A DNA stretch of 64,000 bases from Acidimicrobiia bacterium (GCA_041576165.1 JBFGLM010000004.1:32001-96000); one strand, 5' to 3'; shown: positions 10,196-20,943, numbered from the stretch's first letter. A program made the numbers and translations. The notes: a model not told the origin generated them from the sequence alone.

Positions 10196-11335
10196 CTACA
10201 GAATCAACACACCCAGCACCGGCACCAGGATGAATGCACATCCAACATACGCGACTGCGACGGTGCGCCGCCGCGTGGCAACGTTCGCCAGGTTTTCTGC
10301 CAGTTGCACCGGCACGTAACGGACCGCCGGGATCGTGAAGATCAGCAGGATCCCGGCGAGGTTGAACAACGTGTGGGTGAACGCGATCGTCAGCCCGTCG
10401 ACGGCCCCGGCACCAAGGGCGGCGAGCAATGCGGTGATCGTGGTACCGACGTTGGCGCCCAGCGTGATCGGATAGGCGTGGCGGACGACCAGAACACCGG
10501 ACGCAACCAGCGGTATGAGAATCGAGGTCGTGATTGACGATGACTGGACCGAGATCGTGACCAGCATTCCGACCACGATTCCCACCAGGCTGCTACGCGC
10601 CAGCGCGGCATTCAGCGACCGCTCGATCCGGGCCGCAACGAGTACTCGCATGTTCTTGGTGATGAGCGTGAGGGTCATCAGTATCAAGCCGATTCCGAGC
10701 GCCAGCAGGGCTACCGCAATTGCGCGCTCGTTGGTGAGAATGGCCTCCACCGGCCGTTCGATGACGCCTGCCAGCCATTTCACGGCCGCCTTGATGGGGC
10801 TGTCGAAGCTTCCGCCCAGCTCGGTCTGACCTGCAACCAGCTGTGAAATCCGGCTCGCCGTTGAGGACAAAAACCCGGTCATCAGTTCCAGCGGAAGCAA
10901 CACCAGAACCGCAATCACATTGAAGAAGTCATGCATGGTGGCGGCCGTGAACGCCCGGCGGAAGCCTTCCGTATCGCGAAGGTTTGCCAGAGAGACGAGA
11001 GTGTTGGTTACCGTCGTCCCGATGTTGGCGCCCATGATCATTGGGACCGCCGCCTCGACCGAGACCACGCCGGCTGCCACGAGCCCGACGATCGTCGATG
11101 TCGTCACCGATGACGACTGCACGAGAACGGTCGCAAGCACGCCCACGAACAACCCCGCTACCGGATTGGCGACATTCTCGAAGAGGGAATCGGTGAAGTC
11201 GCTCCCGAGGCCCTTGATGCCGGTTTCGAGCAGCTTGACGCCACCGAGGAACAGGTAGAGGAGTGCCACTACCACGATGGCCCGCAGCGGGGCCGGCATG
11301 TTGCGAGCGTGAGTTGATGAGGAGGGTTCCTGCAT
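10196..11335 (-). CDS. Na+/phosphate cotransporter (NptA/SLC34 family)
   Basis: Two QSSS repeats with GANIGTT/GANVGTT motifs, multiple TM segments. Confidence 0.92.
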   Translation of the reverse strand: MQEPSSSTHARNMPAPLRAIVVVALLYLFLGGVKLLETGIKGLGSDFTDSLFENVANPVAGLFVGVLATVLVQSSSVTTSTIVGLVAAGVVSVEAAVPMIMGANIGTTVTNTLVSLANLRDTEGFRRAFTAATMHDFFNVIAVLVLLPLELMTGFLSSTASRISQLVAGQTELGGSFDSPIKAAVKWLAGVIERPVEAILTNERAIAVALLALGIGLILMTLTLITKNMRVLVAARIERSLNAALARSSLVGIVVGMLVTISVQSSSITTSILIPLVASGVLVVRHAYPITLGANVGTTITALLAALGAGAVDGLTIAFTHTLFNLAGILLIFTIPAVRYVPVQLAENLANVATRRRTVAVAYVGCAFILVPVLGVLIL

Positions 11336-11392
11336 GGTCGCCGAGAGTATCAGCGCCTGTGCACTGCACCAACCGAGCCAAGCAACGCCGGG

Positions 11393-12610
11393 TCAGGCGC
11401 CGTTGCCACCCTGCGGCAGGAGGATCCGAAACGTCGATCCCTGGCCCAGCACGCTGTCGGCCTCGACGGCGCCTCCGTGCTGTTCCGCAACGTGCTTGAC
11501 GATTGCCAGGCCCAGTCCGGTGCCTCCGGTGGCTCGCGACCGGGCGGCATCCACCCTGTAGAAACGCTCGAAGATTCGTGGAAGATCCTGGTGGGGTATT
11601 CCGACGCCGTTGTCGGCAACTTCGATTACCGCGAGGTGGTCGCGCAGCTTGACTCGCAGGGTCACCCGGCCGCCGGCATGCGAATAGCGAGCAGCGTTGT
11701 CCAGCAGGTTTCGAATCGCCAGTGCGATGTCGGCCGAACTCCCCCTTACCGCAACGTGCTCGACGTCGATCACTAGCTTCACGTCCTCGGCGCTGAACCG
11801 GGCCGCCTCGTCGCTGGCCACGGCGCCGATATCAAGCAGCTCCATAGGCACCGTTTCCGTCTCGAGGCGCGACAGGTCCAAGAGGTCGGCGACGATCTGC
11901 GCCAACCTGGTCGCGTTGTCGTAGATGCGACGCGAGAAGTTGGCCACAGCCTCAGGATCGTCGTGGAGCGCAGTGAGCACTGTCTCAGCAGCCGCCTGGA
12001 TGGCTGCGACCGGCGTTTTCAGCTCATGGGAAGCGGCGGCTACGAAGTCGCGCCGGACGGAGTCAGCCTGCTGGCGCTGGGAGACGTCGGCAAGCTGAAG
12101 GACCACGGCTCGATCGAACGGCAGCGCGTGAGCAGTAGCCTCGACTGTGCGTGCGGGATAGTCGATGTCAAATTTGGCTGAGTGGCTCCGGCCATTCGCA
12201 GCCGTCTTGTCGACCGCCTCCCGCACAGCCGCCGGCGCCAGGCCATCCACGGATACCAGGCGCTCCCCGATCATCGACCGCGCAGCCGAGTTGGCAACGA
12301 CCAGCTGCCCGTCGCGAAATGCCAGGACACCTATCGACAGCGAAGAGAAGATGGCTGCTTGGAGATGGAGTTGGGCATCCAGCTCCGTCGTCTCGGACCT
12401 CAGCATCCGGGCTGCGCGGCGGCGGGCGCGATCCACAGATCGTACGGTCAGATTGAGACCAACCACGACGAACAAAATCACGACCAAGCCGGCAAGAGTC
12501 ACGGCCGGTGAGATGTCCGAGAAGACAATGCCGACCAACGCCAGCAGCAAACCGGCTGCGCCCAGCGCGGTCAGCGAAAAGCGTCGCTTGTTGCCTAGCT
12601 CACTGTCCAT
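11393..12610 (-). CDS. Sensor histidine kinase, SenX3/PhoR-like
   Basis: 2 TM, H-box SHELKTP, NLLDNA, DNGVGI, FERFYRVD, GTGLGL; start taken at ATG 12610. Confidence 0.9.
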   Translation of the reverse strand: MDSELGNKRRFSLTALGAAGLLLALVGIVFSDISPAVTLAGLVVILFVVVGLNLTVRSVDRARRRAARMLRSETTELDAQLHLQAAIFSSLSIGVLAFRDGQLVVANSAARSMIGERLVSVDGLAPAAVREAVDKTAANGRSHSAKFDIDYPARTVEATAHALPFDRAVVLQLADVSQRQQADSVRRDFVAAASHELKTPVAAIQAAAETVLTALHDDPEAVANFSRRIYDNATRLAQIVADLLDLSRLETETVPMELLDIGAVASDEAARFSAEDVKLVIDVEHVAVRGSSADIALAIRNLLDNAARYSHAGGRVTLRVKLRDHLAVIEVADNGVGIPHQDLPRIFERFYRVDAARSRATGGTGLGLAIVKHVAEQHGGAVEADSVLGQGSTFRILLPQGGNGA

Positions 12611-13313
12611 CGACGAACTTGTAGCCGAGACCCCGGATCGTGACAATACGTTCGGGGTGTGTCGGGTCGCGCTCAACCTTCATCCGCAAACGCCGGATGT
12701 GGACGTCGAGCGTTTTGGAATCCCCGAAGAAGGGGCTTCCCCAAACCTCATCAAGCAACAGCTCACGGGTTACCAGCCGCCCCCGCCGGCGCATGAGCGA
12801 CTCGAGCAGCTCGAATTCCTTGGGTCGCAGCTCGACGGCGTGGCCGGCGACGCGGACCTCATGCCGGCCTACGTCCATCGCAATCTCACCGCTGACTATG
12901 AGGTCATCTGAATCCGGTTCCTCGACTCCCCAGTCCTGCACCCTCCGCAGATTGGCCCGCACCCGGGACACGAGCTCGCGCATCGAGAAGGGCTTCGTCA
13001 CATAGTCGTCCGCTCCCAGCTCGAGGCCGGCGACCTTGTCCGCCTCGGTGTCCTTGGCGGTGACTATCACGATCGGCACAGAAGATTCGGCTCGAAGGCG
13101 GCGCAGTATGTCCAAACCCCCCACACCCGGCAGCATCAGGTCGAGAATGACCAGCTCCGGCACGTTCTCCCGCGCTCGGGCGAGAGCCTCGTGGCCGTCT
13201 GTGGCCAGGGTGACGGAGTACCCCTCACGCACGAGGTTGTATTTGATGGACTCTGCCAGCGTCTCCTCGTCCTCCACCAGGAGTATCGAGACGCTCGCCT
13301 CAGGTCGGTACAT
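12600..13313 (-). CDS. OmpR-family response regulator, RegX3/PhoP-like
   Basis: LLVED, LDLMLPG, GADDYVTKPF, KTLDVHIRRLR, TIRGLGYKF. Confidence 0.92.
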   Translation of the reverse strand: MYRPEASVSILLVEDEETLAESIKYNLVREGYSVTLATDGHEALARARENVPELVILDLMLPGVGGLDILRRLRAESSVPIVIVTAKDTEADKVAGLELGADDYVTKPFSMRELVSRVRANLRRVQDWGVEEPDSDDLIVSGEIAMDVGRHEVRVAGHAVELRPKEFELLESLMRRRGRLVTRELLLDEVWGSPFFGDSKTLDVHIRRLRMKVERDPTHPERIVTIRGLGYKFVDGQ

Positions 13314-13989
13314 CGACGTCGACCCAGCCCTCGGGAAACTCCCGGAACTCGCCGGTGAGCAAGAACGCCACCTGCTCAGCGATGTCGACCGCACGGTCGC
13401 CGACCCGCTCGAGAGCCCGACTGACCAGCATCATGCGCACCGCCCACTCGAGCAGCTCGGGATCAGGGCCGCAGCCGGCAACTTCCTTGTACATATTGCG
13501 ATTCAGCGCATCCACTGGTTCGTCCATCTCCGGCAACCGCAGCGCCAACGACAAATCGCGTTTGGTGAGCGATTCCATCGCGACCCGCAACATCGGCCCG
13601 ACCACACTCGCCATTTCGCGGATGTGCAAGAGGATCGTTTCGTGTGTCGGTAAACCGTTGGTCACCTCGACCAGGCGGGCGATGTTCGCCGCCTGATCAC
13701 CGATCCGTTCAATGGAGTGATTACAGCTGAGAATGAGCGACATGAGCCGCAGATCGCTGGCTACGGGTGTGTGCTGTGCCATCACCTCGTGCCAGCGGTT
13801 TTCGACCTCCAGGTACACCTCATCGATCTCCTGATCGCGCGCCCGGACCTCAGCAGCCCGATTGGCATCGCCGGCGGCAAGTGCGTCCACGGCATCTACT
13901 ATCTGGTGCTCGGCCTTCTCTGCCATATCGAGCAGGAGCACCTCGAGGTCGTTCATGGCCGCATGGAAGTTCGAGCGAACCTCTGTCAT
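13300..13989 (-). CDS. phoU: Phosphate signalling protein PhoU
   Basis: [32 protein letters not shown]; follows pstB. Confidence 0.93.
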   Translation of the reverse strand: MTEVRSNFHAAMNDLEVLLLDMAEKAEHQIVDAVDALAAGDANRAAEVRARDQEIDEVYLEVENRWHEVMAQHTPVASDLRLMSLILSCNHSIERIGDQAANIARLVEVTNGLPTHETILLHIREMASVVGPMLRVAMESLTKRDLSLALRLPEMDEPVDALNRNMYKEVAGCGPDPELLEWAVRMMLVSRALERVGDRAVDIAEQVAFLLTGEFREFPEGWVDVDVPT

Positions 13990-14843
13990 CCGAACCGCCC
14001 CGTGATGTAATCCTCCGTGTCCTGTTCTTTGGGATTGGTGAACAGGTCTGGAGTGCGCCCAACCTCAACGATGTAGCCCGCCCGGTCTGCGTCCATGTTG
14101 AAGAACACCGTATAGTCGCTCGCTCGGGCCGCTTGCTGCATGTTGTGCGTGACGATGATGATGGTGTATCTGACCTTCAACTCCTGTATGAGTTCCTCGA
14201 TCCGAAGCGTCGCCACAGGATCGAGCGCGGAAGTGGGCTCGTCCATCAAGATGACGTCCGGCTTCACCGCGATCGTCCGGGCAATGCACAACCGCTGCTG
14301 CTGACCGCCCGACAACGAATATCCACTCTGGTCGAGCTTGTCCTTGACATCATCCCAGAGTGCTGCCTGGCGCAAAGACTGTTCTACCAACTCGTCCATG
14401 TCGCCCTTGTAGCCGTTGATCTTGGCACCCCAGGCCACGTTGTCGTAGATGCTCTTCGGGAACGGATTTGGCTTTTGGAAGACCATCCCGATTCGCCTTC
14501 GCACCTCAACCGGATCGACATTCTCCCGATAGATGTTCTGGCCGTGGTACAGCACCTGACCGTCCACCCGGGCTGACGGTATCAGATCGTTCATCCGGTT
14601 CAGCGCCCGCAGCACCGTGCTCTTGCCGCACCCGGACGGGCCGATCAAGGCGGTGATGTGTTGGTCATAGAAAGTGAGTGACACGTCTTTCACAGCCCGA
14701 AAGTCGCCGTAATAGACGCTCATGTCGTGCGCTTCGATAGCAGAAGTGACACTGGTGTCAGTCATTGGTCGTGTTGGTTGTCGTGTATCCATCTGTCCTG
14801 GCTCGTTCGAGATTTCGAGCTCCATGCCCTCGGTCATGATCAC
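13986..14843 (-). CDS. pstB: Phosphate ABC transporter ATPase
   Basis: [46 protein letters not shown]. Confidence 0.97.
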   Translation of the reverse strand: MIMTEGMELEISNEPGQMDTRQPTRPMTDTSVTSAIEAHDMSVYYGDFRAVKDVSLTFYDQHITALIGPSGCGKSTVLRALNRMNDLIPSARVDGQVLYHGQNIYRENVDPVEVRRRIGMVFQKPNPFPKSIYDNVAWGAKINGYKGDMDELVEQSLRQAALWDDVKDKLDQSGYSLSGGQQQRLCIARTIAVKPDVILMDEPTSALDPVATLRIEELIQELKVRYTIIIVTHNMQQAARASDYTVFFNMDADRAGYIVEVGRTPDLFTNPKEQDTEDYITGRFG

Positions 14844-16207
14844 ATTCTCCGTGCAAACCGATTGCGGAGGATCACGGCCGCTGCATTCAGAGTAAGCAGG
14901 AGCACGAGCAATACGATGATGGCAGCCGCGGCGATGTTCCTGAACTCATCCTGGGGCCGGCTCGTCCACTGAAAGATCTGGATGGGCAAAACAGTGAACT
15001 TGGAGAATGGCCCGGACGGATCTGCGGTGATAAACGTTGAAGCACCCACGACGACCAACGGGGCAGTCTCGCCCAAGGCCCGTGCCATGGCGAGAATGGT
15101 GCCGGTCAGAATCCCCGGCATGGCGTTCGGGAGAACGTGGCTCTTGGTGGTTTGCCACTTGGTGGCCCCGAGGGCCAGGCTCGCCTGACGGAGGGAACGG
15201 GGTACAGCCCTGATCGCCTCCTGCGCATTGATGATGATGATCGGCAGTATCAGTAGGCCGAGCGTCAACCCCGCTGACACGACCGTGCGGCCGTTGGCGG
15301 TGGAGTCGGCGCCTCCCGACAGGAAGGCCCCGCTCGTTAGAAACTGCAGGGTCCGGACGAAGATGGCGAGGCCCAGCATGCCGTAGATGATCGAAGGCAC
15401 CCCGGCGAGGTTGTTGATGTTGGTCTGGATCAAGCGGTTGAGCCGGTTGTCAGCGGCGTACTCCTCGAGATAGATCGCAGCGCCCACACCTACGGGAAAA
15501 GAGAAGAGCAAGGTGATCGCGACCACCCACATCGATCCGAACAGCGCCGTCCGCACGCCGGCGAGGGTCGGATCCGGCGATTGCGGATTGGTGACGAAAT
15601 CCCACGAGAGCCACGACCGGAATTCGAGAGTGGCGCCCGGAAACTGCTCCCCCGCTTGCCGCTCGACGTCGATCCGGTCGAACCAAGAGTCGAACAACGA
15701 CCAGGTCCCGAGGACGGTGGGCTGTATCACGCGGTCCACGACAATCCCCTGCACATCGTCCCTTCTGCGCGCGGGCAGGTCGCATCCGGGTGCCGGATCA
15801 GCAGATGCACACAACTCGGCATAGACCGCTGCATCCTCATAGACGAGGCCGTCCTCAAAGAAACGCTGCTCCCGTTCGAGGCGCCGGCCAACGTTCTGCG
15901 AAATCTCCGTGTTCAAGATCTGAATCAGCTGGCCCTTGTTGAGTGACGCCAGATCGGTATCGGGCGGCAGGCCAATCCGCTCGACGGCCTCAGCTGGGCT
16001 GACCACGTTCTCGACGGCCGTCAGACCGAAAGCGCTGTTGATGATGGTGATGAGCAGCGTCAGCAAGGCCAGCACCGCGACCATCAGGGCAGAGACGAAT
16101 CCCAGCTTCCACAACGCCGCACGCCGGTTGCGCCACCCCACATGGCGCTCGGCTTCGGGTCCCTTGGGGTAGGCCGCTTGCGGCAATGTCCGCATCGTGT
16201 CGCTCAC
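14840..16207 (-). CDS. pstA: Phosphate ABC transporter permease with large extracytoplasmic loop
   Basis: [30 protein letters not shown]. Confidence 0.95.
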   Translation of the reverse strand: MSDTMRTLPQAAYPKGPEAERHVGWRNRRAALWKLGFVSALMVAVLALLTLLITIINSAFGLTAVENVVSPAEAVERIGLPPDTDLASLNKGQLIQILNTEISQNVGRRLEREQRFFEDGLVYEDAAVYAELCASADPAPGCDLPARRRDDVQGIVVDRVIQPTVLGTWSLFDSWFDRIDVERQAGEQFPGATLEFRSWLSWDFVTNPQSPDPTLAGVRTALFGSMWVVAITLLFSFPVGVGAAIYLEEYAADNRLNRLIQTNINNLAGVPSIIYGMLGLAIFVRTLQFLTSGAFLSGGADSTANGRTVVSAGLTLGLLILPIIIINAQEAIRAVPRSLRQASLALGATKWQTTKSHVLPNAMPGILTGTILAMARALGETAPLVVVGASTFITADPSGPFSKFTVLPIQIFQWTSRPQDEFRNIAAAAIIVLLVLLLTLNAAAVILRNRFARRM

Positions 16208-17169
16208 TCGTACACCTCACGGAATCGAGCGACGAACCGCCGGCTCAGCACATTGAGACCCAGCGTGAGAACAAACAGCGTGAGTCCGATGGCGAAGATG
16301 CTGTTGTAGTCGATGGAGTTGTAGCTGAGATCTCCTCCGCTGATTCGCACTATGTGTCCAGTCATCGTCTCGGCCGACTCGAACGGGTTCAGGATGTAGC
16401 CAAAGATCGAGTCCTCGCCGAACCTGAAGTTCTTCGGACCGGCCCCGGCCGCGATTGCGACCACCATGGTCTCGCCGACCGCGCGCGAGATCGCAACGAC
16501 GAATGCGGCTGTGATGCCCGACAGAGCAGCGGGAAGCACGATACGCAACGACGTCTCGAGCTTGGTCGCCCCGAGCCCGTATGCGGCTTCGCGTAGTGAA
16601 ACCGGCACCGCATGCAGCGCGTCTTCCGACATGGAGCTGACGAGCGGAATGATGAGGATGCCCACGACAATTCCGGCAGATGCCGTGTTGAAGATCTTCA
16701 CCACGCCGTCACCGAGCAACACCCGGAGTAGTGGCGTCATGAACGTGAGGGCGAAATATCCGTACACGACGGTCGGGATGCCGGCCAGAACCTCGAGCAC
16801 CGGCTTGACCGAGGCGCGTACTCGCGGGGACGCGTACTCGCTCAGGTAGATGGCGGAAGCCAATCCCACCGGTAGTGCGACCACCATGGCGATGGCGGAG
16901 GTCATGAGCGTCGCCAGGATCAGCGGCCAGATCCCGAACTCGAGGATGGCCGGCTGCCAAACCGTTCCGGTGAGAAAGTCACCAAGTGCCGCTTCCTCCG
17001 ATTGGAAGAAGAGCAACGCCTCCTTTCCGAGCTCGAACACAATCCCGATTGTCGTGAGTATCGAGATCAGCGCCGCGCCGAGAAGGGCGACGCGAACCAG
17101 GACCTCCCACGGCCGGCGACGCCGGGCAAGCTGTGGAGCCGCCGCGACAGTATCTATCTGGCTGGTGAT
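16204..17169 (-). CDS. pstC: Phosphate ABC transporter permease; probable non-canonical ATC start
   Basis: LEVLAGIPTVVYG, SRAVGETM; frame open to ATC 17169, 5 nt after AGGAGG, and this extension carries the first TM helix. Confidence 0.92.
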   Translation of the reverse strand: MTSQIDTVAAAPQLARRRRPWEVLVRVALLGAALISILTTIGIVFELGKEALLFFQSEEAALGDFLTGTVWQPAILEFGIWPLILATLMTSAIAMVVALPVGLASAIYLSEYASPRVRASVKPVLEVLAGIPTVVYGYFALTFMTPLLRVLLGDGVVKIFNTASAGIVVGILIIPLVSSMSEDALHAVPVSLREAAYGLGATKLETSLRIVLPAALSGITAAFVVAISRAVGETMVVAIAAGAGPKNFRFGEDSIFGYILNPFESAETMTGHIVRISGGDLSYNSIDYNSIFAIGLTLFVLTLGLNVLSRRFVARFREVYE

Positions 17170-17231
17170 GAATGCCTCCTAGCCACTCGTTGAAATCCGC
17201 GGTAGATGCAAGGATCGACCGACGGCGGGAA

Positions 17232-17265
17232 CCGGCACGCTCCGCCCCCGGGAGGAGCGTGCCGG
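17232..17265 (-). terminator. Intercistronic hairpin between pstS and pstC (mRNA stabiliser or partial terminator)
   Basis: 12-bp perfect stem CCGGCACGCTCC/GGAGCGTGCCGG, 10-nt loop. Confidence 0.65.
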
Positions 17266-17347
17266 CTTTGCTCGGGCCGCGAGGCGCGGACTCCGAGCAA
17301 CTCGGATGGGGCGGTCGACCACAACGTGCCCTAACCCGAGCCTGTCC

Positions 17348-18442
17348 TCAGCTCACTGCGGCGGCGAGTTCGTTGGCGGCGCTTTGGAGGACCTTCGCCG
17401 GGGCCGGGAAGTAGCCGACCTCGACGATCTCCTCGTTGACATGCTGAAGTACGAAACTCAAGAACTCGCCGACTTGCGGCTTCTCCTCGATGATCGACGC
17501 CGTCGAGTACATGAACAGCGGACGGGCCAGCGGATAAGCACCAGCGTTCACCGTGTCGGCGCTGGGCTCGACACCCTCGATGTTGACGACGCCCAGCTGG
17601 TCGCTGTTCTCTGCGAAGTAGGCGTATCCGAAGAAGCCCACGGCACACGACGTCGACGGATTATCGGGATTGCAGCCGTCACCGGTGATGCCCTGCACGA
17701 GGACGTTGTCGTCCTCGGATAGCTGGGTGTTGTCGGCGGCCAGGATCGGTGCCTCATCCTCATCGAAGACTTCCTCGACGAAGTAGTCGAAGGTGCCGGA
17801 GTCGGTGCCGGGAATGAACCGTTGAATCGGATTGGGCGGGAACTCGGCTCGAACGTCCTGCCAGGTCTCAGCTGTCGAGAAGACAACCGCCAGCTCGTCA
17901 AATGTGAGGTCGGTGGCAAACGTGTTGGACGGGGATATGGTGACCGCCAGTGCATCCGTGCCAATTCGAAACTCGATTGGCTCACGGCCGATAGCCTGGC
18001 ATTGCTCGACTTCGCTCGACTTGATCGGGCGCGAGGCATTGGAGACATCCGACTCGCCGGCAACGCAAAAGCGCTCGAAGCCGGCGCCAGAGCCGATCGA
18101 GTCAATGGTGATCGTCCCAGCGTATCCCTCGTCCTCGAATCGGTCGACCATGACCTCGGCTAGAGGGAATACGGTTGAAGAGCCTGCGGTCACGATGTCG
18201 CCCGCAACTGCGAGCGGGTCTACCGGAGCGAGGCCCGCGACCCCTTCGGCCTCCATGTCAGGCGCTGCGGTCGTTGCGTCGGTCGCCGGCGCTGCCGTCG
18301 TCTCTGAGCCAGCCTCCGGCGCGGTGGTCGTGACCACGAGCTCCGCTCCATCCGATCCGCTGTCTCCGCCCCCGCCACATCCAGCTGCGACCAATGCGAC
18401 GGCCATGACTAGCCCGATCGCGCGCCAACGTCCATTCGTCAT
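17348..18442 (-). CDS. pstS: Phosphate ABC transporter substrate-binding lipoprotein
   Basis: Lipobox VAAGC, AGSSTVFP, GSGAGF, DSGTFDYF, YPLARPLF; SD-like AGGGAG upstream of ATG 18442. Confidence 0.95.
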   Translation of the reverse strand: MTNGRWRAIGLVMAVALVAAGCGGGGDSGSDGAELVVTTTAPEAGSETTAAPATDATTAAPDMEAEGVAGLAPVDPLAVAGDIVTAGSSTVFPLAEVMVDRFEDEGYAGTITIDSIGSGAGFERFCVAGESDVSNASRPIKSSEVEQCQAIGREPIEFRIGTDALAVTISPSNTFATDLTFDELAVVFSTAETWQDVRAEFPPNPIQRFIPGTDSGTFDYFVEEVFDEDEAPILAADNTQLSEDDNVLVQGITGDGCNPDNPSTSCAVGFFGYAYFAENSDQLGVVNIEGVEPSADTVNAGAYPLARPLFMYSTASIIEEKPQVGEFLSFVLQHVNEEIVEVGYFPAPAKVLQSAANELAAAVS

Positions 18443-18494
18443 CCGCACTTCTCCCTGTCCTAGATGTTGGGTCCGATCAACCCGAACGTGCGTG

Positions 18495-18549
18495 ACAGTA
18501 CGGGACCCGGTTAACCCCAAGCCTGACTGCCGGTTAACGGAGGGTGAAC
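18495..18549 (-). promoter_or_regulatory. pstS promoter with PHO-box-like repeats and -10 TACTGT
   Basis: Minus strand GTTCACC (18549-18543), GTTAACC (18538-18532, +11 nt), GTTAACC (18515-18509), TACTGT (18500-18495). Confidence 0.7.
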
Positions 18550-18577
18550 CTTGTCGCCGGCGCAAAACGCCGGGAGT

Positions 18578-20878
18578 TCAGCCTTGGGGCACCCGGGCTG
18601 CAGCCGCCAGCAGGGAGGCCACAGTGTCGAAGTCTGCGCCGGCCGGCAGGAACACGTGGAATGTGTCGACCACCCGCCCGCCTTGCGTGTCGATCTTTGC
18701 AAACCGAACATCGATTTCGAGTTCGTGCATGACGCTCGACACGTCGTGTAACAAGCCGACGCGGTCGGCGCCGCGCAGCTCGACCCGATGTGTGCCGTGG
18801 TCGGCCCCGACAATGATCCGTGCTCGGGGCGCCACCGTCCCGTCCACCAGAGCTCGATAGTGCTGGTGTTTGGTCGCCAGGCGTTCCTCCAGCGGCAGCG
18901 AACCGGCCAAGACTGCGCGGAGGTTGGCCAGGACGGTCGGCCACCGCTCGCCGTCGATCGCCCCTTCGTTCAGCGAATCGACCACGTTGAATCGGTCCAC
19001 CACCACCCCGTCGGTCCTAGTCTCCAAGCGCGCCTCCAGAATGGAGATGTTCGACAGGGCTAAGACGCCAGACACCATGGCAAGCAGACCGGCTCGGTCG
19101 GCCGTGACGAGGACGAGATCGGACCACTCCTCGGTGTCCACTACGTCGATCCGGATGTCGTTTCCGGCCGGGGGCGGAGTCAACAGGAGGAGGTGTCGAC
19201 GCACCTCGCTGGCCGGCGTGCGCAGGGCGTACGCCTCCGACATGGCATCGAGGTGGTCCCGAATATGGTCGGCCGGGATCTCGTCAGAAAGCCGCTCAGT
19301 GACCTCGGTGATGCGGGCTGTTCGCAGCGGGCGAGGGCCGGCCGGAGCCGCGGTAATCGTCTCCATCGCCCGTACGAAGAGAGTGCGGATCAGTGATGCC
19401 CGCCACGACGTCCACACTTCGGGACCGGTGGCCCGAGCGTCGGCCACGGTCAAGAGATACAGCATCCGCAGCACATCGGCGTCCGCGATGAGGCTCGCCA
19501 CGCCCGCGCTCACGTCCGGATCGTCGAGATCGTGCCGGGTGGCCACCTGCGGCAGCAGCAGATGATGACGCACGAGTGTCCTGACGACGTCAACCGTCAC
19601 CGCGTCAAACCCGGCCCGTGCCCCAAACTGCCCGAAGAGTTCAGCCCCGGCCTCGGAGTGATCGCCCCCGGTCCCTTTCCCGATGTCGTGGAAGAGCGCG
19701 CCCAGCACAACCTCGTCGAGACTCCCCAACTCTTCAGCTATCTCCCTGACCCACGGCTCCTCCGACGCCGGTCCGGCCAACTGCAGGACCTCGGCAGCGG
19801 CCCTCCACAGGTGATCGTCGACCGGATGGAGATGGAACGGATCGAGCTGGGCCTGGGAAACGACGTGTCCCCACTCGGGCAGGGCGGCGTCGAGGAACCC
19901 GGCCGCCGTCAGCTGGTCAAACATCCGGCGGCCGGCCGGACCGCTGCCGGCCAGGCGCACGAATGCGTCGCGAGCTGCGTCGTCCCACAAACCGCCGCCG
20001 AAACGTGCAATGCTCCCGGCCTCATCGTCGTTGAGAGCCGGCCCGTCCGGATCTCGTTCGACTGCCGCAGCCGCAAGCTGCCAGGGGTGGATGCTGGTCG
20101 AGCCACGCTGGCTGAGACGAGACCTGACGCTGTGGAAGAGCCGCCCACCGACACTCCGAGCTTCGGCAGCTTGGGCAGGCACGTTGAGTGAGGCGGTCAC
20201 GCTGTTGTCCACTATGCGCGCCGCCCCGTAGATCTCGCCGAGAAAGGCTTTCGTGTCCATGCCAGCCGCGGACGCGGCTGGGGTTCGGAGGGAGAAGTCG
20301 AGAACGTCTTGCCGCCGGCCTGCTGCGCCATGTAGCGCCTGGCGCGCCGCGAGCAAACGGCTCTCGACCTCCTGCAGCCCATCCGCTGCGCTGGCAAGCT
20401 CCTCGTCGAAGGTGCCGAGCCAGCGCAGCATGTGGATCGAGCGCAAGCCGCCCCGGCCGGACTTGAGGTTGAGAGCCTGGGCGTGATACGGCTCGCGGGT
20501 CCGCCGTTCCAACTCCTCCGCTACGAGCGCCTCCCGCAGCCGCGCCGGCCGAGTGACGCGATCGATCCCGGCGCGCAGGGCTTCGAATACCTCCTCGTCA
20601 CCCCCGATCAGCCGGGCGTCGCGCAGGGAGCACAGCGTATCGGTGCGTTCGGCCGCCGCCTGCATGGCCTCGGACGGGGTACGAACCGCATGTCCCACCG
20701 CCAACCCGGCGTCCCACAAAGCTCGGAAGACGGGCGGAGCGTCGTTGACCCGGCGCGCAACCACCAGCATCAAGTCGATGTCGGAATACAGGCACAGCTG
20801 CTCGCGCCCGTATCCACCCACCGCAACCGCCGCCATGCCGTCCACCGCCATCGTGAATTCGATGACGGCCGCGTCCAT
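18578..20878 (-). CDS. glnD: PII uridylyl/adenylyltransferase GlnD (NTase, HD, 2 ACT domains); start uncertain
   Basis: AVGGYGR...SDIDL, LKSGRGGLR, FHDIGKG, DRAGLL and DRVGLL ACT motifs; amtB-glnK-glnD order. Confidence 0.9.
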   Translation of the reverse strand: MDAAVIEFTMAVDGMAAVAVGGYGREQLCLYSDIDLMLVVARRVNDAPPVFRALWDAGLAVGHAVRTPSEAMQAAAERTDTLCSLRDARLIGGDEEVFEALRAGIDRVTRPARLREALVAEELERRTREPYHAQALNLKSGRGGLRSIHMLRWLGTFDEELASAADGLQEVESRLLAARQALHGAAGRRQDVLDFSLRTPAASAAGMDTKAFLGEIYGAARIVDNSVTASLNVPAQAAEARSVGGRLFHSVRSRLSQRGSTSIHPWQLAAAAVERDPDGPALNDDEAGSIARFGGGLWDDAARDAFVRLAGSGPAGRRMFDQLTAAGFLDAALPEWGHVVSQAQLDPFHLHPVDDHLWRAAAEVLQLAGPASEEPWVREIAEELGSLDEVVLGALFHDIGKGTGGDHSEAGAELFGQFGARAGFDAVTVDVVRTLVRHHLLLPQVATRHDLDDPDVSAGVASLIADADVLRMLYLLTVADARATGPEVWTSWRASLIRTLFVRAMETITAAPAGPRPLRTARITEVTERLSDEIPADHIRDHLDAMSEAYALRTPASEVRRHLLLLTPPPAGNDIRIDVVDTEEWSDLVLVTADRAGLLAMVSGVLALSNISILEARLETRTDGVVVDRFNVVDSLNEGAIDGERWPTVLANLRAVLAGSLPLEERLATKHQHYRALVDGTVAPRARIIVGADHGTHRVELRGADRVGLLHDVSSVMHELEIDVRFAKIDTQGGRVVDTFHVFLPAGADFDTVASLLAAAARVPQG

Positions 20879-20943
20879 GGCAGCTGAGAGGAGGCGCCAC
20901 GAACCCTCCAGCGGGATTTGCCCCTTGTGGATGGAGTTCCTCA

